DNA of 59,833 bases from a virus. The position numbers and the translations under genes were made by a program. Every line of letters starts with the position of its first letter. Position 1 is the first letter of the stretch. The notes under the pieces are model-generated. The model did not search any database, was not told where the DNA came from, and saw only the letters and a program-made list of their open reading frames with translations. Of the stretch, positions 46,770-52,676 are shown piece by piece. Location: IMG/VR virus record IMGVR_UViG_3300020185_000003, one strand, 5' to 3'.

Positions 46770-46850
46770 TTTTACTTGATTTTAGTGTTAATTAATTGAT
46801 TTTCAGTTAGTTACGTTAATTTTCTGTGTATTTCTTGTCGTTCTATGGTT

Positions 46851-46858
46851 CAAATATA
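46851..46858 (-). promoter_or_regulatory. -7 promoter box (sense ACTATATTTGAAC), probable leftward early promoter
   Basis: The complement is TATATTTG, 81 nt upstream of ATG 46769. Confidence 0.55.
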
Positions 46859-46911
46859 GTCTAATTTACTTAATATACAATAGGTGTGTTCATTTTTTTT
46901 TCAATTCCCTG

Positions 46912-46923
46912 CGAAATATTTCG
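46912..46923. repeat. perfect 12-bp palindrome CGAAATATTTCG
   Basis: Read directly from the sequence. It lies in the divergent control region. Confidence 0.8.
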
Positions 46924-46963
46924 ACTACCGAAAATGGGTACAGGGGTAACCTTCTCTCTCTTT

Positions 46964-46979
46964 GTGTCTTCAAAGACAC
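46964..46979. repeat. PAL16 copy L (GTGTCTTCAAAGACAC, exact)
   Basis: Lies between the divergent promoter boxes (46851 minus, 47336 plus), apparently outside both transcription units. Confidence 0.95.
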
Positions 46980-46995
46980 TTTTGTTTTGATTGTG

Positions 46996-47035
46996 GACAG
47001 GAACGCACACAGGAAGACAGGAACGCACACAGGAA
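46996..47035. repeat. perfect tandem 20-mer x2 (GACAGGAACGCACACAGGAA)
   Basis: 46996..47015 equals 47016..47035. Confidence 0.95.
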
Positions 47036-47036
47036 C

Positions 47037-47054
47037 GAATGCTTTGCCGCATTC
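47037..47054. repeat. inverted repeat GAATGC-TTTGCC-GCATTC
   Basis: Read directly from the sequence. Confidence 0.7.
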
Positions 47055-47080
47055 ATTCTCTGTTGCTCTTTGATTGCGTA

Positions 47081-47189
47081 CGGGAACGGGAACGGGGACA
47101 GGCGGAACGGGAACGGGAACAGGGGAACAGGGGACACAGGACGCAGGACGGATGCAGGCAGGACGCAGGACGCAGGCAGGCAGGTAGGT
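47081..47189. repeat. GC-rich, almost T-free tract of degenerate short tandem repeats (CGGGAA, CAGGGGAA, CGCAGGA, CAGG) with many G3-4 runs
   Basis: Only two T in about 109 nt of the plus strand. The composition contrasts sharply with the AT-rich genome. Confidence 0.9.
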
Positions 47190-47236
47190 GCTACAGGAAA
47201 TCGCCAAAAAATCCGACAGGGGACGGCAAAACTGCA

Positions 47237-47245
47237 CCCCCCCCC
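47237..47245. repeat. C9 homopolymer
   Basis: Read directly from the sequence. Confidence 0.9.
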
Positions 47246-47335
47246 TCGAAAAACAAATCGGTTTCGGTTGGGGGTCGGCTCGCCTGTGCCCGCATATTAC
47301 CCAAACACTACGGGTATCTGATAATTTTTTTTTAC

Positions 47336-47343
47336 TATCTTTG
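47336..47343 (+). promoter_or_regulatory. -7 promoter box (ACTATCTTTGTATT), probable rightward promoter
   Basis: TATCTTTG lies only 4 nt before ATG 47348, which implies a leaderless or near-leaderless mRNA. Confidence 0.55.
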
Positions 47344-47347
47344 TATT

Positions 47348-47503
47348 ATGGATAAGGAATGGGAAATCGAAATACAGAATAGAATCCCTACGGGACTTGT
47401 ATTAGGTTTTTCCATATATCCTCCTGACGAGGAATTTGAAGACGGAGAGATTATCCTTTATTTAATTATAATTAGTATACACTATAAATGGAGATACGTA
47501 TGA
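47348..47503 (+). CDS. small hypothetical protein (51 aa), possibly leaderless
   Basis: An in-frame ATG inside artefactual track ORF 46991..47503, positioned at the predicted transcription start. Confidence 0.35.
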   Translation: MDKEWEIEIQNRIPTGLVLGFSIYPPDEEFEDGEIILYLIIISIHYKWRYV

Positions 47504-47703
47504 AAGGTTTTAAATTTAAAAGTATGGGTGGGTTGGAAGTTAAGAACGGAAGACTTGTTAACGACAGACCTGTTGGACAGACGGGTATTGCACAGGCTGC
47601 TATGATTAAGCAGGCTATTAAGAGAGAGAACAAAGTATCTATGATTGCTGACGGTATTATGCGTGCAGAATTAAGAGAGCAGATGTTCGGTATGAAAGAT
47701 TAA
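47488..47703 (+). CDS. small hypothetical protein
   Basis: 71-aa ORF (alternative ATG at 47500 gives MKGFKFKS...). It is followed by a strong terminator. Confidence 0.55.
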   Translation: MEIRMKGFKFKSMGGLEVKNGRLVNDRPVGQTGIAQAAMIKQAIKRENKVSMIADGIMRAELREQMFGMKD

Positions 47704-47725
47704 TTGATTTGATTTTGATTTGGAA

Positions 47726-47758
47726 GGGGGGGACTATTCGCAGGTCCCCCCTTTTTTT
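47726..47758 (+). terminator. rho-independent terminator
   Basis: GGGGGGAC-TATTCGCAG-GTCCCCCC hairpin followed by T7. Confidence 0.85.
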
Positions 47759-47759
47759 G

Positions 47760-47833
47760 TACTCCCTATAGGATTCGAACCTATAACCTATACATTAGAA
47801 GTGTATTGCACTATCCTATTGTGCTAAGGGAGT
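47760..47833 (-). tRNA. tRNA-Arg: tRNA-Arg (anticodon UCU)
   Basis: The complement folds as a canonical 74-nt cloverleaf: acceptor ACTCCCT/AGGGAGT, D arm GCAC-AATAGGATA-GTGC, anticodon arm ATACA-CTTCTAA-TGTAT, variable AGGTT, T arm ATAGG-TTCGAAT-CCTAT, discriminator A. CCA is not encoded. Confidence 0.9.
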
Positions 47834-47860
47834 GTTGTTTTTATGTTGATATTTAATACT

Positions 47861-47897
47861 TAACTAATTGATAATCAGTAGTAGTGTTAAAAATGTT
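47861..47897 (-). promoter_or_regulatory. conserved 37-nt upstream element, copy 2 (paired with 37872..37908)
   Basis: 30/37 identity with the element upstream of the primase gene. It lies 27 nt upstream of the tRNA 5' end. Confidence 0.5.
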
Positions 47898-47908
47898 GAA
47901 ATGAAAGT

Positions 47909-47916
47909 CAAAAGTA
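47909..47916 (-). promoter_or_regulatory. possible -7 box (complement TACTTTTG)
   Basis: Matches TAnnTTTG and lies 75 nt upstream of the tRNA 5' end. Confidence 0.35.
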
Positions 47917-48010
47917 CTTATATAAAAAAAAGTAAAATACATATTTTCTATAGAGAGAGTAGGGAAGGAGAGATATAACACATACGACATTAAACTTGAA
48001 TTAGACTTGT

Positions 48011-48038
48011 TGTAGACATTATACCCTTTTGCATATAA
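48011..48038. repeat. direct repeat copy 1 upstream of the groEL promoter (TGTAGACATTATACCCTTTTGCATATAA)
   Basis: The near-identical copy is at 48051..48079. Confidence 0.8.
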
Positions 48039-48050
48039 TTAATAGACAAA

Positions 48051-48079
48051 TGTAGTTCATTATACCCTTCCGCATATAA
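48051..48079. repeat. direct repeat copy 2 (TGTAGTTCATTATACCCTTCCGCATATAA)
   Basis: It ends 8 nt before the -7 box at 48088. Confidence 0.8.
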
Positions 48080-48087
48080 AAAAAGTT

Positions 48088-48095
48088 TATCTTTG
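48088..48095 (+). promoter_or_regulatory. -7 promoter box, TTATCTTTGTAAAA family
   Basis: TATCTTTG lies 18 nt upstream of ATG 48114. Confidence 0.65.
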
Positions 48096-48113
48096 TAAAA
48101 AATCTAATGTATT

Positions 48114-49715
48114 ATGTCTGAATTAGGATTCACTCCAAAGAACCTCACCTTTGATGACAAGGGTAGAAAAAAATTATTTAAAGGGATAGAGGCTATTGCC
48201 TCAGCAGTAAAGTCAACTCTCGGACCTTCCGGTCAGACGGTTCTTATCGAATCACCACATCACACGCACGGCATCACAGTAACCAAGGACGGTGTTACGG
48301 TTGCCAAGGCGGTAGACCTATTAGACCCTGTCGAGAACCTTGCGGTTCGGATGATGAAGGAAGCGGCAGACCGCACGGCATCGCAAGCAGGTGATGGAAC
48401 GACCACGGCTATTGTACTTACAGAGGCTATTGTAAAAGCAGGATTTGAGGACATCGTTGATGGTGTAAATAAAACTCAAGTACTAAGAGACCTTGTTACG
48501 GAAACCAATAAGGTAGTTAAGTCACTAAAAAAACATTCACGCAAAGTGTCAGGGCGCACCCTTCGGGATGTAGCCATCATCTCAACAAACAACGACCCGC
48601 AACTCGGAACAACAATTGCTAACGTATACAACCGTGTTGGTAAGAATGGTATAGTTACCATCTCCAAGTCTCAAACATCAGACACTTACTTTGAGACAAC
48701 AAATGGATTGAAAGTAGAACGAGGATATACCTCACCACTATTCATCAACGACCATAAGAAAGATGAGTGTGTCTTTGAAGACACTTACATCCTTGTGAGT
48801 GATGCAGAGATTAGCAACCTACTATCTATCGAGAACGTATTGAAACCAATCATTAATGACGGCAAGAAGTTGCTTGTCATTGCACCGTGTTCTCAAAACG
48901 TAATCAACACATTGGCTGCTAACGTAATGAAAAACAATCTAAAGTTCTGTGCTATCACTCCGCCAAACTTCGGATATAAACAACACGAACTAATGCAAGA
49001 CATTGCTCTTGCGGTTGGGGCTACCTACTTCTCCGAGAAGACAGGAGACGACCTCAGCATTATGACATTCGATGACTTGGGTCACGCTGCCAAGGTGATA
49101 GTTGGTCGTGACTCTACCGTCATCGTTAAAGACTCAGATGAAATATCTGAACAAGTTAAAGAGCGAGTAGAGCAATTGTGGGATGCCCACGCTAACACTC
49201 CAAAGAAAGTAGACAAGGAATTTATCTTGTCAAGAATCGCCTCCCTCACAGGGGGAGTTGGGGTTATCTATGTAGGTGGCAACACAGACCTTGAGCAGAA
49301 GGAATTGTATGACCGTGTCGATGATGCGGTGTGTGCAGTTCGCTCAGCACTCGAAGAAGGTATCCTACCGGGGGGAGGCATCGCATTATTTAAGGAATCG
49401 TTGGTAGGGTTTTTTGACCAACCTGACGAGGAGAACATTGCTCGAAAGATATTGTTCAAAGCACTACGTGCTCCTCTTATGCAAATTTGGCATAATGCAG
49501 GTATTGAGGAAAGTAAAGACGGGCTTGAGTCTCACTACGATTTTGGATACAATGTCAAAACACAGGAGTGGGGAGATATGTATAAGATGGGAGTTATCGA
49601 CCCATTGAAGGTTACCAAGTCTGCTCTTCAGAATGCAGTGTCTGTTGCGGTAACTATTCTTTCGACTAATGCTATCATAACAATGGCTCGAACTTATGAG
49701 GACCAAAATTCTTGA
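48114..49715 (+). CDS. groL: GroEL-type chaperonin (Cpn60)
   Basis: 533 aa with TLGPSGQTVLIE, VTKDGVTVAK, AGDGTTTAIVL, GYTSPLFIN and ILPGGGIAL. It is collinear with bacterial GroEL. The C-terminus lacks the GGM tail. Confidence 0.9.
   Translation: MSELGFTPKNLTFDDKGRKKLFKGIEAIASAVKSTLGPSGQTVLIESPHHTHGITVTKDGVTVAKAVDLLDPVENLAVRMMKEAADRTASQAGDGTTTAIVLTEAIVKAGFEDIVDGVNKTQVLRDLVTETNKVVKSLKKHSRKVSGRTLRDVAIISTNNDPQLGTTIANVYNRVGKNGIVTISKSQTSDTYFETTNGLKVERGYTSPLFINDHKKDECVFEDTYILVSDAEISNLLSIENVLKPIINDGKKLLVIAPCSQNVINTLAANVMKNNLKFCAITPPNFGYKQHELMQDIALAVGATYFSEKTGDDLSIMTFDDLGHAAKVIVGRDSTVIVKDSDEISEQVKERVEQLWDAHANTPKKVDKEFILSRIASLTGGVGVIYVGGNTDLEQKELYDRVDDAVCAVRSALEEGILPGGGIALFKESLVGFFDQPDEENIARKILFKALRAPLMQIWHNAGIEESKDGLESHYDFGYNVKTQEWGDMYKMGVIDPLKVTKSALQNAVSVAVTILSTNAIITMARTYEDQNS
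48769..48784. repeat. PAL16 copy M (GTGTCTTTGAAGACAC, exact)
   Basis: Lies inside the GroEL CDS and is read as C-VFEDT-Y, at the position equivalent to E. coli GAVELESPF. Confidence 0.95.
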
Positions 49716-49956
49716 TATAATCCTTAACAACTATCCTGAAGAAGGATTCCTCAAAGCAGATGGCTTTGATGATGCTATCATTGGTATTAATAGCAAAGGG
49801 AACAAACTTGTTTACTCAGTTAGCAAGTGTCTCAATATCCTTATGAAGGAGGGGATGGATTTTGAAGATGCATATGAACACTTCTACTACAATATAGAAG
49901 CAGCATATGTTGGAGAGAATACGCCTATATGGGTAAACGACATATTTGAACTTTAA
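49696..49956 (+). CDS. hypothetical protein
   Basis: 86-aa ORF between groEL and groES. It overlaps the groEL end by 20 nt. Confidence 0.6.
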   Translation: MRTKILDIILNNYPEEGFLKADGFDDAIIGINSKGNKLVYSVSKCLNILMKEGMDFEDAYEHFYYNIEAAYVGENTPIWVNDIFEL

Positions 49957-49965
49957 TAAAAAATT

Positions 49966-50223
49966 ATGAAACCAATCGGAAAATATATTTTAATCAAAGC
50001 AATAGAGGAAGAGATTAAACACTCTTCAGGTTTAATATTATCTCAAGAAGATTCAAACCAATTGCGCTACAAGAAAGCAACAGTTGTTACTCCGGGAACA
50101 GATGTTGAGCAAATTAAAAGTAATGATTCAATCTATTACGACTCAAGGTCAGGGACCACTATGATAATCAATGGTGAGACCTACACCATTATTGTCGAGA
50201 GAGATGTCGTTGTTGTTTTATAA
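49966..50223 (+). CDS. groS: GroES-like co-chaperonin (Cpn10)
   Basis: 85 aa. MKPIGKYILIKAIEEE..SGLIL....KATVVTPG......ND.IYY....GTTMIINGETYTIIVERDVVVV follows the Cpn10 pattern. Confidence 0.7.
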   Translation: MKPIGKYILIKAIEEEIKHSSGLILSQEDSNQLRYKKATVVTPGTDVEQIKSNDSIYYDSRSGTTMIINGETYTIIVERDVVVVL

Positions 50224-50644
50224 AAGCATTCATTTCTTTTATCATATTTCGGTAGACCTTGTCTTGGTATGAGGCTCCTGCCAAAAACATTGGATTGGTG
50301 GACTTGCCTTCGGGTATTAGTCCACCATTTAATTTATCATACATACTACCTATCATTCGTCTTCCTTTATACGATATCTCGTATAATGCTTTGGTCTTAC
50401 CTGAACGTTTACGGAAGACGACTATCCATCCATCTCTAAGGAGTCTATCAAAACGATTCTCTTCCCACGAGAGTAGTTCGTCAAACTCGTTAAACTTATC
50501 CTTGCTAAAGTAAGTTTCCGAATAAAGGAATAATAGCAGGTCGAGGTCAGAAGTCCCTATTCCATACTTTGCTTTTATAAAATATCTGACCACCCTCCAA
50601 TACTTGAGGTAGTCCCTTGACGGCTCGAACTGTGAAAAACCCAT
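50189..50644 (-). CDS. winged-helix-like regulator (probable); the only minus-strand protein gene inside the rightward block
   Basis: 151 aa with LLRDGWIVVFRKRSGKTKALYEISYKGRRM (wing-like). It has its own -7 box, and its 3' end overlaps groES by 35 nt. Confidence 0.55.
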   Translation of the reverse strand: MGFSQFEPSRDYLKYWRVVRYFIKAKYGIGTSDLDLLLFLYSETYFSKDKFNEFDELLSWEENRFDRLLRDGWIVVFRKRSGKTKALYEISYKGRRMIGSMYDKLNGGLIPEGKSTNPMFLAGASYQDKVYRNMIKEMNAFIKQQRHLSRQ

Positions 50645-50657
50645 AATAAAATTTGAT

Positions 50658-50665
50658 TATATTTG
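50658..50665 (+). promoter_or_regulatory. -7 promoter box (TATATTTG) for the small basic protein cluster
   Basis: Lies 23 nt upstream of ATG 50689. Confidence 0.55.
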
Positions 50666-50672
50666 TACTATA

Positions 50673-50680
50673 CAAAAATA
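50673..50680 (-). promoter_or_regulatory. -7 promoter box (complement TATTTTTG) for 50189..50644
   Basis: Lies 28 nt upstream of ATG 50644. It interdigitates with the plus-strand box 8 nt away. Confidence 0.5.
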
Positions 50681-50688
50681 CATTTTTT

Positions 50689-50916
50689 ATGGCAACTGAT
50701 TCTAAAGGTTCCGGAAAGGAAAAAAAACAATATACTAAAGGAGAGGCTCTTGCAAACACAGTAGCAGACTTGAATGCAGCCAATTTTAAAAACAAAGATG
50801 TTCAGAAATGGTCAGAGATTAAAAGTAATCAAGACAGACCCGCACACGCCAAACTTAGAGGCTTAGCGTCTTTGAATCAAAAAACCAAGTTACCACGTTA
50901 TAACAAAAAGAAATAG
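50689..50916 (+). CDS. small Lys-rich protein
   Basis: Track ORF 50653..50916. ATG 50689 (MATDSKGSGKEKK...) fits the promoter spacing. Confidence 0.6.
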   Translation: MATDSKGSGKEKKQYTKGEALANTVADLNAANFKNKDVQKWSEIKSNQDRPAHAKLRGLASLNQKTKLPRYNKKK

Positions 50917-51053
50917 TGGCAGCAAAAGTAAATACGGCTACGTTTAAATCAAAGCCGCACATTAAAAGACCGGGCGTACACGCAAAGAGTAAATCATCTT
51001 CTATGAAGAACTCTAAGAACTATGTCAAAAAATATAAAGGACAAGGAAAATGA
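50916..51053 (+). CDS. small very basic protein (45 aa, GTG start)
   Basis: Hand-translated as (M)AAKVNTATFKSKPHIKRPGVHAKSKSSSMKNSKNYVKKYKGQGK. It has a TAGTG overlap upstream and an ATGA overlap downstream. Confidence 0.4.
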   Translation: MAAKVNTATFKSKPHIKRPGVHAKSKSSSMKNSKNYVKKYKGQGK

Positions 51054-51181
51054 AAAAAGTAGCAAAGCCATATTTCGCAGCAGCAATTGCTAAAAACGGA
51101 AAGAACGTAGAGAAGTGGTCAGGACAGATGTCTGAAAAGGCAATCAAGAATTCAGCATACGCTAAGTGCGGTAAGAAGTAA
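51050..51181 (+). CDS. small basic protein (43 aa)
   Basis: Hand-translated as MKKVAKPYFAAAIAKNGKNVEKWSGQMSEKAIKNSAYAKCGKK. It has ATGA and TAATG overlaps with its neighbours. Confidence 0.5.
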   Translation: MKKVAKPYFAAAIAKNGKNVEKWSGQMSEKAIKNSAYAKCGKK

Positions 51182-51471
51182 TGGCAGACAAGAGCAAAAT
51201 GAAATGCAACACTCCGATGAAGTCGGACAGAGCAGGCAAGAAGAAGATGGTCAAGGCTTGTTCAGGCGGTCAGGAGAAACTGATTCATTTTGGTGCTACA
51301 GGATACGGTCACAATTATTCTACTGCTGCTCGTAAGTCATTCAGGGCACGTCATAAGTGTAGCGAAGCAACAAACAAAATGACTGCAAACCATTGGGCTT
51401 GTAAGAATCTTTGGGGTGGTCCGGGTAAGGATACGCAGTCTTCTCCTAAGAGTAGACGTGGGAAATACTAA
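51181..51471 (+). CDS. small basic Cys-containing protein
   Basis: 96 aa with KCNTPMKSDRAGKKKMVKACSGGQEKLIHFG...FRARHKC. Confidence 0.65.
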   Translation: MADKSKMKCNTPMKSDRAGKKKMVKACSGGQEKLIHFGATGYGHNYSTAARKSFRARHKCSEATNKMTANHWACKNLWGGPGKDTQSSPKSRRGKY

Positions 51472-51483
51472 TAAAAAAATAAT

Positions 51484-51491
51484 TATCTTTG
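51484..51491 (+). promoter_or_regulatory. -7 promoter box, TTATCTTTGTAAAA family
   Basis: TATCTTTG lies 23 nt upstream of ATG 51515. Confidence 0.65.
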
Positions 51492-51514
51492 TAAAACATA
51501 AAACATAAAAAATT

Positions 51515-51709
51515 ATGTCTAAGAAACCAAAGAGAGTGCGGAGAGCAGATACTCCCCTTGCCCCAACGAAGTACGATGGTCCTGTAGGAAGAAGCCTAAA
51601 GGAACTTGATAAATATAATGGACCACAAGGTCCGAACCGAAATAAGGTTACAATCATTAAATCACCTCAAGCAAAGGCGGCAAAAAAAGCGGCACGAAAG
51701 AATGGGTAA
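51515..51709 (+). CDS. small basic protein
   Basis: 64-aa K/R/P-rich ORF. Confidence 0.6.
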   Translation: MSKKPKRVRRADTPLAPTKYDGPVGRSLKELDKYNGPQGPNRNKVTIIKSPQAKAAKKAARKNG

Positions 51710-51842
51710 GTGGTTGATTAAAATAGGCAACGCCATTGTAGATTTTAATTTAAAATTAAAAACTCGTTGGAATAAGATGGTATCTAAACTTATGTTTTCA
51801 TCCGTTGATTGCGGATGCGATGACTGTACTTGTAAAAAATAA
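51702..51842 (+). CDS. small protein with a C-terminal Cys cluster (46 aa)
   Basis: Internal ATG 51702 of track ORF 51606..51842 (MGKWLIKIGNAIV...CGCDDCTCKK). Confidence 0.5.
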   Translation: MGKWLIKIGNAIVDFNLKLKTRWNKMVSKLMFSSVDCGCDDCTCKK

Positions 51843-51848
51843 ATAAAA

Positions 51849-52001
51849 ATGAAATCAAGAGGACTTGGCGACACAATCGAAAAGATTACAACCGCAACAG
51901 GAATTAAAAAAGTAGTAAACACATTAGCAACCGCAGCCAAGAAAGAATGTGGTTGCAATAAAAGACGGGACGCTTTGAATAAAATCCTCCCTTATAAATA
52001 A
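51849..52001 (+). CDS. small conserved-looking protein (50 aa)
   Basis: Hand-translated as MKSRGLGDTIEKITTATGIKKVVNTLATAAKKECGCNKRRDALNKILPYK. Confidence 0.5.
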   Translation: MKSRGLGDTIEKITTATGIKKVVNTLATAAKKECGCNKRRDALNKILPYK

Positions 52002-52007
52002 AAAATT

Positions 52008-52493
52008 ATGCAAACGACACCATTAGTAGCGGGAAAACGAGCAATCTATGTTTACCCATCAGACGTAACAGACATTCCTTTTCCACAAGAGGTAGTCTCA
52101 GGGGTTAGTCAAACTCCTACCGCATTTCAATTAGTAGATAGTTCCAAGACATTTGCAGAGGTAAAAGCCGGAGACATTGTATATAATTTAACAGGTTTAA
52201 GTTCAGCAACTGTAGTCCGTGTAGATGGACCCGGTGTAATTGTTTTAAATGCAGATATTTTTGCTTCAAACGCTCAGAACTATACTATCTATGCTTCTTC
52301 TAACGACACTGTAAACGAGGGATGTATCATCTACGTTGGAGGTCAAGGAAACAATGAAGATGTTAAAGTAACCACAATTGGCGGGGATGTTGTAGTCTTT
52401 CACAAAGCACCTCTTGGAAGTTATCTTCCTATTGTTGTGTCGAGAGTTTGGGCAACGGGTACATCGGCAACGAATCTTGTAGCAATTTGGTAA
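52008..52493 (+). CDS. hypothetical protein (beta-rich, possibly structural)
   Basis: 161-aa ORF. Confidence 0.65.
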   Translation: MQTTPLVAGKRAIYVYPSDVTDIPFPQEVVSGVSQTPTAFQLVDSSKTFAEVKAGDIVYNLTGLSSATVVRVDGPGVIVLNADIFASNAQNYTIYASSNDTVNEGCIIYVGGQGNNEDVKVTTIGGDVVVFHKAPLGSYLPIVVSRVWATGTSATNLVAIW

Positions 52494-52505
52494 CCTTTTA
52501 AGGAG

Positions 52506-52676
52506 ATGAGAACAATGACGGGAGATATCAAACTTTATTTTTTAAATGCCACAACATTTGCTTTGTCTCTTTCTGATATTGATATGATTTTAAAAATCCT
52601 TTTACTGTTGGTATCTATTGGATACACAATTGACAAGTGGATGAAAATAAATAAAAAGAATGAGGGAGATAAATGA
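52506..52676 (+). CDS. small one-TM membrane protein, holin candidate
   Basis: Hand-translated, 56 aa, with ILKILLLLVSIGYTI. It overlaps the amidase start by 17 nt. Confidence 0.45.
   Translation: MRTMTGDIKLYFLNATTFALSLSDIDMILKILLLLVSIGYTIDKWMKINKKNEGDK

Noticed and set aside
46890-47503. Track ORFs 46890..47237 (-), 46962..47321 (+) and the 5' part of 46991..47503 (+), which span the G-rich repeat region.
   Set aside because: Their translations are low-complexity artefacts of the tandem repeats (PVPVPVPPVPVPV, GNGNGDRRNGNGNRG). They use TTG pseudo-starts, run across promoter boxes and PAL16 copy L, and have a composition unlike any other gene here.
52501-52505. AGGAG upstream of ATG 52506 as a Shine-Dalgarno site.
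   Set aside because: It directly abuts the start codon with zero spacing, and no other gene in the genome uses an SD.
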